A DNA stretch of 64,000 nt from a virus (Duplodnaviria; Caudoviricetes): IMG/VR virus record IMGVR_UViG_3300007171_000061, positions 14,357-78,356 of that record. One strand, given 5' to 3'. Shown one piece after another: positions 18,911 through 27,065 of this stretch (the first letter of the stretch is position 1; each line of letters opens with the position of its first letter). The notes beneath the pieces are model-generated. The model searched no databases. It worked only from the letters and a program-made list of their open reading frames with translations, and was not told the origin of the DNA. The position numbers and the translations under genes were made by a program.

Positions 18911-18980
18911 CAGTCACAAACCATACCGTTCAGTCACAAAATGAACGATACAGTCACAAAATGAACGGATCAGTCACCAA
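18911..18980. repeat. four CAGTCACAAA-core repeats at exact 20-bp period (iteron-like)
   Basis: Copies at 18911, 18931, 18951 and 18971 (last is CAGTCACCAA), followed by an A-run. Confidence 0.9.
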
Positions 18981-18991
18981 AAAAAAAAAAG

Positions 18992-19059
18992 TTATACACA
19001 TATTGTCAGTCTTATATAAGAGTAAAATTGTGGATAACTAGCACTAGTGGTGTGGATAA
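18992..19059. promoter_or_regulatory. cluster of three DnaA-box matches
   Basis: TTATACACA 18992-19000; TGTGGATAA (reverse complement TTATCCACA) at 19029-19037 and 19051-19059. Confidence 0.65.
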
Positions 19060-19168
19060 CTTTTTCTAAGGGGATAGTACCAGCGACAAGGAAAACGGCT
19101 AAAAAGCGGGTTTAAAGCGATTCTAAGGGCATGGGTTTTTATACAGTGTGCATTTTATCGGTGTAATA

Positions 19169-19185
19169 TTGGCACGATTTATGCT
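19169..19185 (+). promoter_or_regulatory. sigma54 (-24/-12)-like site
   Basis: TTGGCACGATTTATGCT; GG and GC separated by 10 nt. Confidence 0.4.
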
Positions 19186-19457
19186 ACTCGCGTGCGCGTG
19201 CGTTATTTATTATGAGAGAATTCTAGCTTGGAAACCAAAGTATTCATTTAATAAAATGCAAATTATTTTCTAGGTGTTTACCCTAATAAATGCCAAAATG
19301 AATACTGAATCACTATATCGGGGGGTTTTTAGGTGTATAATCAAGGCTTACAATCAATCGGGGTTGTAAGGGTAAACGAAAGTTTACAGTTCTTTAAAAA
19401 TTGAGAGTTTTCTATAATGTATGCAAATAAAAGTATACATTACCCCAAAACTCACAA

Positions 19458-19679
19458 ATGAAAGTATTCAAAATGAAATTATCAATTGACTATATGAGAA
19501 AATCAATCAAAGATAATCAGTTGGATTATGTTACGATTAAATCAATTAGTGAAATGGATTATAATAAGATTAGTCTGATTATCGCATTATCAACGGGTTT
19601 TGCCCCATGTTCTGACGATATATATAATCTCACACAATCTTATACTAATGAAACTGGAGATAATCAAAATGGATTATGA
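19458..19679 (+). CDS. hypothetical protein (GATC-free block)
   Basis: ORF track. Confidence 0.55.
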   Translation: MKVFKMKLSIDYMRKSIKDNQLDYVTIKSISEMDYNKISLIIALSTGFAPCSDDIYNLTQSYTNETGDNQNGL

Positions 19680-19824
19680 GAATATAAAGAATCAAGTATA
19701 TAGTGCGACAATGCAAGCACTATATAATCGGGTAGATTATACGATTATCGGATTTAATACAACTCTGGATTATCTGATTATCTGGGATAATAATGGCAAA
19801 TGTAATATCAAATGGAGAAAATGA
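19669..19824 (+). CDS. hypothetical protein (GATC-free block)
   Basis: GGAGA RBS before ATG 19669. Confidence 0.55.
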   Translation: MDYENIKNQVYSATMQALYNRVDYTIIGFNTTLDYLIIWDNNGKCNIKWRK

Positions 19825-19981
19825 TTATGACAAAATCAGAATTTATTGATAGCGTATTATTTGCTTTATTTATTATTGCACCAGTATTCATTTATTGGAG
19901 ATAAAATTATCTGATAATATATTGATTTATTTTCAGTATATTATCGGGCTAATTTTGGCCGATTTTTGATAAACTATTATC

Positions 19982-20218
19982 ATGCAAAACAATCTTTTCG
20001 TTTCCACTCAATTTGTCACTTTGAAATCACTTGAAAATAACCCGCCTAAAATCGGGCAGTGGATTATGATTGACGGAAATCAGCGCGGGCAATATATGGG
20101 CAAAACCCGCGCCGGGGTCATCGTTGTTCGATATCAGAATGGAAAATTCGGAAGCAAAGCCGACACAAAATCAAATCATTACTTGCGTCAATTTGCCAAA
20201 GTTAATGGCGCAAAATAA
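19982..20218 (+). CDS. hypothetical protein (GATC-free block)
   Basis: ORF track. Confidence 0.6.
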   Translation: MQNNLFVSTQFVTLKSLENNPPKIGQWIMIDGNQRGQYMGKTRAGVIVVRYQNGKFGSKADTKSNHYLRQFAKVNGAK

Positions 20219-20246
20219 CCCGATAGTATAAACTGGAGAAAATCTA

Positions 20247-20483
20247 ATGATTATCGCAATTTATAACCATGAATATGGTAATGCTGTAAGGGCATTTTCC
20301 ACAATTGAATCAGCCAATGAATGGAAAGATTCTATTGCAAATGATTACTGGAATGATGTTTTTACAAGTGATACTCCAAAACCAGATACAAATATAGGTG
20401 ACGCTTATTTTACGCTCATGATTGATTATGTTGGGTACAATGAATCATTTGAAATTATCGAAAATATCACAATCGAAAGTTAA
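20247..20483 (+). CDS. acidic hypothetical protein (GATC-free block)
   Basis: GGAGA RBS; D/E-rich. Confidence 0.6.
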   Translation: MIIAIYNHEYGNAVRAFSTIESANEWKDSIANDYWNDVFTSDTPKPDTNIGDAYFTLMIDYVGYNESFEIIENITIES

Positions 20484-20487
20484 TACC

Positions 20488-20700
20488 ATGAAAACCCCAC
20501 GAAATAACCCGCGTATTATTTTGACAGTTTCTGGCGATAATATCACCGCAAAAGGCGTTTTTATAGATTATCGTGATAATATTCATTCATTCACAAAATC
20601 ATTTTCTGATGAAAATCAAGCAATGGATTATTTGCACAATATGCGAGAAAATGAAAATAAAGAATTTTCTATTCAAGTTAATCGAATAAATTGGAAATAA
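20488..20700 (+). CDS. hypothetical protein (GATC-free block)
   Basis: ATG 20488 just after the upstream stop. Confidence 0.55.
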   Translation: MKTPRNNPRIILTVSGDNITAKGVFIDYRDNIHSFTKSFSDENQAMDYLHNMRENENKEFSIQVNRINWK

Positions 20701-20725
20701 TACACAATCAACCGGAGATTATAAA

Positions 20726-21079
20726 ATGTCAGCTTTCATTTGTTCAGACTTGCATTTCAGTATTATCGCTTATTCAATTGAAGGATTAAACCCTTCGGTT
20801 AACCCTCAGGAATTAGCCGATAAACTGAAAAAAATCAATATTGAATCGGTCGATTTTAGGTACAAAACAAGAACACGCAAAACAAAATGTAAATTGACGC
20901 ATGATAAAAACAACTATTCTACCGCCGATATTATCCGGCTAATCCAATGCTGGAGTTATCAGTCATGCGAAGACGGATATTCTCTTGATTTTCTAATGAT
21001 GGATTCTTTTTTGTTGTCGCATTTTGATAATGAAGACATTAGATTTGCAAGCAATATATCGGATAAATGGAGTATTTAA
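20726..21079 (+). CDS. conserved early-region hypothetical protein
   Basis: MSAFI.S..H...N.ESV..RY...CWSYQSCE pattern; GGAGA RBS. Confidence 0.65.
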   Translation: MSAFICSDLHFSIIAYSIEGLNPSVNPQELADKLKKINIESVDFRYKTRTRKTKCKLTHDKNNYSTADIIRLIQCWSYQSCEDGYSLDFLMMDSFLLSHFDNEDIRFASNISDKWSI

Positions 21080-21081
21080 TT

Positions 21082-21195
21082 ATGAGAATCACTTATCTCT
21101 ATTTTTGTACCCTCGGGGGAATTGCAGGCGGCAAAGTTTACAAGCGTGAGCACCACAATGGCAGTTTTGTTTATTACACCTACCACCTCTTATAG
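21082..21195 (+). CDS. small hypothetical protein (37 aa)
   Basis: GGAG RBS; MRITYLYFCTLGG...; read manually. Confidence 0.45.
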   Translation: MRITYLYFCTLGGIAGGKVYKREHHNGSFVYYTYHLL

Positions 21196-21202
21196 AATCA
21201 AA

Positions 21203-21853
21203 ATGGTAAAAATTAGCGTTACATCAAAACTCGACGGAATCAAATCCTGGTCACTGCAAGCCCTAGACACTTGCCCTGGCAGCATTGAATCGCCCGGCGT
21301 ATTAGTTGCAGCTTGCAGCGGTTGTTATGCCACAACGGGCAATTATCGCTACCCTAACGTTAAAGCCCCGCGATTGGACAATAAAGAGGACTGGCAGCGT
21401 TTAGACTGGGTTAGCGACATGGTGCAAGCATTGCAGGATTCTAGGTTTTTCCGTTGGTTTGATTCAGGCGATATGTACTCGCTTGGACTAGCCGAGAAAA
21501 TCCTAGAAGTGATAAAGCTAACCCCGTGGTGTAAGCATTGGGTCCCAACCCGAATGCATAAATTCCCGAAGTTCCTGCAGGTCTTGCAAAGCATGAAAGC
21601 ACAACCGAATGCCAGCGTGAGATTCTCAAGCGACAGCATAAGCGGGGGTTACACTGCAGGGTTACACGGGAGCACGATAACCGCCAGCAACGAACCCGCC
21701 GATGTACCTGCAGGGGTTACACTCTGCAGAGCCTATGAGCACGAAGGCAAATGCAGCGGGTGCAGAGCTTGTTGGTCAAAAGAGGTTGACGTTATAGCAT
21801 ACCCTGCCCACGGTGTAAAAATGAAAAAAATCATTAAAATAAGCAAGGGTTAA
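21203..21853 (+). CDS. GP88-like Cys-rich protein (putative Fe-S/metal enzyme)
   Basis: SWSL...TCPG...CSGCYA, FRWFDSGD, WVPTR, RFSSD, CRAY...CSGCRACW. Confidence 0.75.
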   Translation: MVKISVTSKLDGIKSWSLQALDTCPGSIESPGVLVAACSGCYATTGNYRYPNVKAPRLDNKEDWQRLDWVSDMVQALQDSRFFRWFDSGDMYSLGLAEKILEVIKLTPWCKHWVPTRMHKFPKFLQVLQSMKAQPNASVRFSSDSISGGYTAGLHGSTITASNEPADVPAGVTLCRAYEHEGKCSGCRACWSKEVDVIAYPAHGVKMKKIIKISKG

Positions 21854-21857
21854 TTAT

Positions 21858-21977
21858 ATGCATATAAAAGACATTTTCATTTTTCTGTTTTCAGTGTATG
21901 TTTTTTTGTGGGTTTGCATTTTGGGGGTAATGGCAACAGCAATTATCCGGTATAAAATCCAGCAAATTCTCGCATGA
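21858..21977 (+). CDS. single-TM micro-protein (39 aa)
   Basis: MHIKDIFIFLFSVYVFLWVCILGVMATAIIRYKIQQILA; read manually. Confidence 0.5.
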   Translation: MHIKDIFIFLFSVYVFLWVCILGVMATAIIRYKIQQILA

Positions 21978-21984
21978 TGTAAAC

Positions 21985-22023
21985 AGGGGTTGACCTTCAC
22001 GGGTTGACCCCCCTTTTTTTTTT
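21985..22023 (+). terminator. rho-independent terminator closing the GATC-free block
   Basis: GGGGTTGACC/GGTTGACCCC wobble hairpin plus T10. Confidence 0.7.
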
Positions 22024-22549
22024 GTTCTGATGTTTAAACCGAACGCCAGCGACAGCGACAACAGCAAAACACGCAACAGATCAAAACAGCAAAAAAAAAA
22101 AAATCGACTCCCTACCGTTTATACGCTTAGTGATTTTTTGTGATGTAATGACAGCTAATACCAAAAAATTCAAACCCAAAATGCATACAATAGATGCTAA
22201 CGCATAGTGAAACGAAAGGAATACCAGATATTTTAAAATCGTAGTATATCCAACCCTTACCCAGTGCTGGCCTATCAAGCACCCATGACTTACAGCAAAT
22301 AAAATCCACACATGCATCCCGTAAGTTTTAACCCTAACAAGACACTAACAATTGCTTCCAAAGCTGTTATCAGTACTCTGACACCCTCAAGAAGCTGCTT
22401 AAAACTGCTGTAGACAGCCTTAAATAGCACTCAGGATACCAACTACTAGTTATACTCAATATTGGCTTCTAGAGGCTTTAAACCCTTTGATATTTACCAA
22501 AAGAAAAAACCCCAAGGCTGTTAAACCAAGGGGTTGTAAATTTTAATTT

Positions 22550-23209
22550 TTATTTTTTAAGCTTCGTACTCTTAGCTTCAGCTTTAGCTTTCTTTTCCTG
22601 AAGTTCTGCTCTAAGCTCTAACCTTCGGATAATCTCTTCAGCATCAAACCAAAGCTCTTTACCCATAATAACTTCTTCAAGTTCTTTATCGGTTAGAAAG
22701 TCCTTGTATACGCTACCCATGAGATTGCGAACTTGCTTATCTACGAATGAAGCATGAGAGATAACATCCGACTGCTTACCAAAAGCTCCAAACGTAGCAG
22801 AGTGAACCATCATTGTAGCGTAAGGTGATACACTAATGCTCGGTGATGCCAGTGCAATCAAAGAAGCTGCACTAGCTGCTACACCTTCAATTTCAGCGTG
22901 TACATCTGCGTCAGTATTTTCAATAGCGTTGATAATAGCAATTGCACCATCCAGTTGACCACCGTAGCTATTAATCTTAAGGAGTAAAAGATCACCTTCA
23001 CCTAAAGAATCAACTGCTTGTAGCATCGTGCGATAATACTTAGCTTCTCTGATATTTTCATCTAGGTATACTTTAACACAACGATTTGTTTTGGTACTCT
23101 CAAAATAAGTTAAATGCTGCAGCGATCCACGTACAGTAACTTCATCATCATCATCATCGTCATTACGAGTCATCTTGGTATAATTCTTATAATTACTTAC
23201 GTTTTGCAT
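22550..23209 (-). CDS. clpP: ClpP-family protease
   Basis: INSYGG (catalytic Ser), AASAAS, MMVH, ELWF.AEE. Confidence 0.85.
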   Translation of the reverse strand: MQNVSNYKNYTKMTRNDDDDDDEVTVRGSLQHLTYFESTKTNRCVKVYLDENIREAKYYRTMLQAVDSLGEGDLLLLKINSYGGQLDGAIAIINAIENTDADVHAEIEGVAASAASLIALASPSISVSPYATMMVHSATFGAFGKQSDVISHASFVDKQVRNLMGSVYKDFLTDKELEEVIMGKELWFDAEEIIRRLELRAELQEKKAKAEAKSTKLKK

Positions 23210-23972
23210 TGGTTACTCCTTTGGTATTAAATTCATCAATTACACTGTTTTTCGTATATTCAGCTAAAATCTCATCTTCAAAAGCAATAACGAACTCTTT
23301 AGTCAATCCGCTGCGAACAACATGCTCTCTACTGAAGGTAGTAAAGCTGCAATCATTGATGTTGTACTTTACACAAATCTTCTCTAAGTACGTCAGTCCA
23401 TCCATGCCTTTTTTAACATCAGTTTGTGGACCTGTGTTATCACCGCAAAAGATAATCTGAGAATCGTTACCTACACGAGTAGTTAATGCTTGAATCTCCG
23501 GTACAAACAAATTCTGACTTTCATCTACAATAATGATGCTATCATTCCAGCTTCTACCTCGAATAGTCTCTAGGCTACAAATCTCAATGGTTTTATTCTT
23601 TAGATGAATCTCTGTAGTTGCTTTACCAAGATAATCCTCAAAGTAATCAATCATCTGTTGGTAAAAAGGAAGTAACTTCTCTTCTGCTGTTCCCGGTAAG
23701 AAACCAATACTTCTACCAGCCAACGGTTGATATGCACGAATCAATACAACTTTCTTAATATCACCATAATGCAATTTCTTAGCTGCATGATGAATAGCTA
23801 ACAAAGTTTTACCAGTACCTGCACTACCACGAGCTACAACCAAAGTATTATACTTCAGAGCTTCCAGTAATTCTTGCTGTTTATCGTTCATTGCATGTAA
23901 AACGGGGAATTGACTGCGCTGGAACTTCTCTTTTTGCACACGTTGTGATTGTACTTTTTGATTTCTTTTCAT
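23193..23972 (-). CDS. phoH: PhoH-like ATPase
   Basis: GSAGTGKT, GFLPG...K..P, IRGRS, DESQN, GD..Q.D, VRS. Confidence 0.93.
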   Translation of the reverse strand: MKRNQKVQSQRVQKEKFQRSQFPVLHAMNDKQQELLEALKYNTLVVARGSAGTGKTLLAIHHAAKKLHYGDIKKVVLIRAYQPLAGRSIGFLPGTAEEKLLPFYQQMIDYFEDYLGKATTEIHLKNKTIEICSLETIRGRSWNDSIIIVDESQNLFVPEIQALTTRVGNDSQIIFCGDNTGPQTDVKKGMDGLTYLEKICVKYNINDCSFTTFSREHVVRSGLTKEFVIAFEDEILAEYTKNSVIDEFNTKGVTNAKRK

Positions 23973-24009
23973 ATTATCCTTTCTATACTACTTTAGGATT
24001 TTGCTAATA

Positions 24010-24201
24010 TTAAAATTTTGCAATTCTTTTCTGTAAAATACCAGCATAAACCATCATAGAATAATACTGCATTTTTAATAATTCTTGCTCATCAATATCG
24101 AGTGAATCAAAAATTTTATTTGTAAAAAACATATAAAGTGCTTTAGCTTTATCATTTAAAGCATCATATTCGTCAATTACTCTTTGTTGATGTGGCTGCA
24201 T
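24010..24201 (-). CDS. crAss001_48-like small protein
   Basis: MQPHQQRVIDEY..L..K...Q...M..Y..IL..RI pattern. Confidence 0.6.
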   Translation of the reverse strand: MQPHQQRVIDEYDALNDKAKALYMFFTNKIFDSLDIDEQELLKMQYYSMMVYAGILQKRIAKF

Positions 24202-24235
24202 AAATTTCCTATATTATGTTTATAATTAAATACTA

Positions 24236-24499
24236 TCAGGTATTATCTTTTGGTTTACGACCTCGTTTAACTTCAGTATTAACTTCTGCATTATCTTGAG
24301 TAACAACTTCAGTGTGTTGTTGTACAATTTCTTTTGGTTTATCTTCAGCTTTAACCATACCAGTGACTAGCATTGAGCCGAATGCAATAGGTGCATTTTC
24401 ATTAGATTCAAAATCAAAGCGCCAACCCTCTAAAATAGCTTGTTGCGTTTTATCGCAAAATTCAAACAGGCTGTAAGTTTCAATTCTTTTAGTTTCCAT
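24236..24499 (-). CDS. hypothetical protein
   Basis: AGGAG RBS; C-terminal KRGRKPK. Confidence 0.6.
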   Translation of the reverse strand: METKRIETYSLFEFCDKTQQAILEGWRFDFESNENAPIAFGSMLVTGMVKAEDKPKEIVQQHTEVVTQDNAEVNTEVKRGRKPKDNT

Positions 24500-24537
24500 A
24501 AAATCTCCTTGTTAAAATTACATTGTACCACAAAAAA

Positions 24538-25347
24538 TTAAGATTGCAACCTCAAAGATAAAACTTCTTGTTGTTTATTTGCATACCATTCATTTGCCAA
24601 TCTCCAAGCCTCATCTTTACCATATTTATTGTAAGAGAAAAATTTAGAGATTCGTTTATATTTTTCAACAGATACTCTGGCAAGAGCGCCATTTTGCATT
24701 TCCCTTATGTTGTTATGACCAGATGTGTTCCTAGAAGATAAACCATTGTTGTTGAGTGACTTATTTTTTAAAGAGTTAGTCTCTTTGGTTACACATTCAA
24801 GATTTTCAATGCTGTTATTTGTTCTATCGTTATCTTTATGATTAATTACTAAATTTTCATCTTGCAAATCATTGAATAAAAACCAAACAATTCTATGTGC
24901 AAGAAATATTTTTCCATTTACCTGAACTCTGTAATAATTGTCTGCAGATGAGTGCCAACCTGCAATATCACCTTCACGACATTTACTAAAAGGCACATTA
25001 ATCTTCCAAGTAAGAAAACTAGGAGATGCTGGATCATATTGTAATTTTGAACGGATATCTTCTAAGTCAATGATTTTTGTTCTTGAATTAGATAGTTTAT
25101 TTACTAGTTTCCAATCCAATGGAGGATTATTTATATAATAATGTTCTAACTCTAAGGCATCCTCTTCAGATAAATTTTCTGCAAGTTTATCAACCTGAAC
25201 ACCTCCTGAATCTGACAAGCACTCATCGTATTTAGAACCTCTACCTGAAAAACGCAAAGCTCTTGGACCACTACCTTTTCCAATATAGAAAACGACACCA
25301 TCTGATACTCTTCTGTGAGTATATACGTAAAAATTATTATTTTGCAT
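24538..25347 (-). CDS. homing endonuclease: GIY-YIG-like + HNH + AP2-like domains
   Basis: FYVY...FYIGKG.G.R; LAHRIVW...INHKDNDRTNNSIENL; RNTSGHNNI..W.LA; own TTGACT-17-TACAAT promoter. Confidence 0.8.
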   Translation of the reverse strand: MQNNNFYVYTHRRVSDGVVFYIGKGSGPRALRFSGRGSKYDECLSDSGGVQVDKLAENLSEEDALELEHYYINNPPLDWKLVNKLSNSRTKIIDLEDIRSKLQYDPASPSFLTWKINVPFSKCREGDIAGWHSSADNYYRVQVNGKIFLAHRIVWFLFNDLQDENLVINHKDNDRTNNSIENLECVTKETNSLKNKSLNNNGLSSRNTSGHNNIREMQNGALARVSVEKYKRISKFFSYNKYGKDEAWRLANEWYANKQQEVLSLRLQS

Positions 25348-25692
25348 AAGTACCTTTGTTGTTGGATAAGGTTCCATTGTAGCATGTTCTAGTTGGAAAG
25401 TCAAGGTTTATTTAAGTCAACTAAAATATTTTGTAAAAGTACTTGACAAACGCTAATTTGTGTGATACCCTATAGAATACATAAGTATATAACATAGGTT
25501 ATTACATTAGTTAGTACCTATATTGTAATATACGTTATAATCTGCATTAACTCTATATTTAGTACTTATATAAGTATATCTAATAGTAACTACCGATGTT
25601 AACATTAAATGTACTAGTAAGTTAGTTAGGTAGTAAGTAAGAGATATAAATAACTTAAGATTAATATAGGTTATAATATAGATTCTATTCAC

Positions 25693-25726
25693 AGTAGTTA
25701 ACGTTAACTACTTAGATTATAATCTA
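25693..25726. repeat. two abutting perfect palindromes in an AT-rich intergenic region
   Basis: AGTAGTTAACGTTAACTACT (25693-25712) and TAGATTATAATCTA (25713-25726). Confidence 0.85.
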
Positions 25727-26016
25727 TATTAATAATCTATATTATCGGCAATAGTTTTATTATTTTATTTAATTAAAACATGCAGCTTGGTTCGCTCTAG
25801 CCGCGAGGCTTTCTTGCAGAAGGCTTGTTGAACTTGTACTAAAGCTGCTCAGTTAAAACCTTCAGCAAAGCCCCTAGAAGCTTCTGCAAGCTGTCAATTT
25901 TAAGTAGTCTAGGGCTAGGTAGCCTGAAGGCATGAAACGAGCATATAGAGCGTTTCAATCAATCTTCATGTTTGTTGTACAAGAGATTAAAAGGTCAACT
26001 TTAGGAAAGTATATTT

Positions 26017-26499
26017 ATGCAAGTAAAAGATTTAATTGATTATGACATATTAACTGGTGACTTCTTTATATTGAAGAACAATATTAAATACCGCAAGATA
26101 TTTCCAGATGAAGATGGTTATATTGTATTTTATAAAGACAATAAGAGAATTAAATTTAAAGCAAATAAAGTAGCAATTGAGTTGGTACAAAATATTATTG
26201 TACAAAAAGATAAAGTTGTACTGCATAAAAACTTAGATGAAACAGATTACAGATATTGTAACTTAAAGCTAATATCTAAAAAGACACACAATGCAATAAA
26301 GGAAGCTCATCGCAACTTATCTGGATATTTGAAACTACAGCCTCATCAAAAGGACATGTTCTGTTATGTACTCATCTGGAAAGAAAACGGTAAGGATAGA
26401 GTCCTAGTTGTACAAGATATTGTAATAGCGAAAAGAATGTACAATAAACTGCAGTTAAAGTACGCTAAGATTTTAAGTAAATACTGTGTGTTTGACTAA
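26017..26499 (+). CDS. degenerate HNH-like protein
   Basis: DYDILTG...DGY...KANKVA...LHKNLDETDYRYCNL follows the HNH_3 layout with eroded catalytic residues. Confidence 0.55.
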   Translation: MQVKDLIDYDILTGDFFILKNNIKYRKIFPDEDGYIVFYKDNKRIKFKANKVAIELVQNIIVQKDKVVLHKNLDETDYRYCNLKLISKKTHNAIKEAHRNLSGYLKLQPHQKDMFCYVLIWKENGKDRVLVVQDIVIAKRMYNKLQLKYAKILSKYCVFD

Positions 26500-26514
26500 A
26501 CATTGATATTACGC

Positions 26515-26543
26515 TTGAAATATCTACTTTTCTATGATATAAT
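26515..26543 (+). promoter_or_regulatory. sigma70-like promoter
   Basis: TTGAAA-17-TATAAT with TG extension. Confidence 0.7.
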
Positions 26544-26549
26544 CAAGCA

Positions 26550-26800
26550 TCTATGTAAATTAAACTTCTAGTCTTTAGTAAATCGTTGTATTAAGCGCAA
26601 CGACCCTGCTTATGACATTATATGGTTTAAACCTGCTGGATACAAACCTTTGTATGTTCGCTTGTGTACCCGTTTACTCCTTTCAGTCATAAGTATTTCA
26701 GTACAAGCTGGATAAGTAACCAGCACTAATTTCGCTTTGCTAAATTCGTAAAGCACTAACAATAGTATCTCATTGTAGACAAATCTACAGTGATTGTCCA
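26550..26800 (+). ncRNA. candidate structured RNA / long leader
   Basis: Five or six predicted helices directly behind a promoter; no convincing + ORF. Confidence 0.3.
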
Positions 26801-26817
26801 TAATGGCTAACAAAAAG

Positions 26818-27036
26818 AATAATACAACTATGAACTGCATTACATGCAACCGTTACTTCAAGCAAAACGTTTTCAACAAGAGTGCTGAATGCGAAGACTG
26901 CTTAGATCGTGCTTTCTTGGATTTAGATTCAGAAGTACAAGTTGACGTAGACTTACTAAGGAATCCTTCTGGTAAGACTAGTCCTGTATTCTATGACAGG
27001 GATGATCCTGAAATGGACTGCAGAGATTCTATCTGA
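26818..27036 (+). CDS. CxxC...CxxC Zn-ribbon hypothetical protein
   Basis: CITC...CEDC; start uncertain (26794-26830). Confidence 0.55.
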   Translation, partial: NNTTMNCITCNRYFKQNVFNKSAECEDCLDRAFLDLDSEVQVDVDLLRNPSGKTSPVFYDRDDPEMDCRDSI

Positions 27037-27065
27037 AGTGATAATAACGAAAAGAGCATAAGCTC

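Noticed and set aside
18911-18980. Possible CRISPR mini-array
   Set aside because: 10-bp units with 10-bp, partly identical spacers are far too short, and no cas genes are present; treated as iteron-like repeats.
22081-22317. Minus-strand hydrophobic ORFs at the block boundary
   Set aside because: They arise from A-rich low-complexity sequence and homopolymer runs; no clear RBS.
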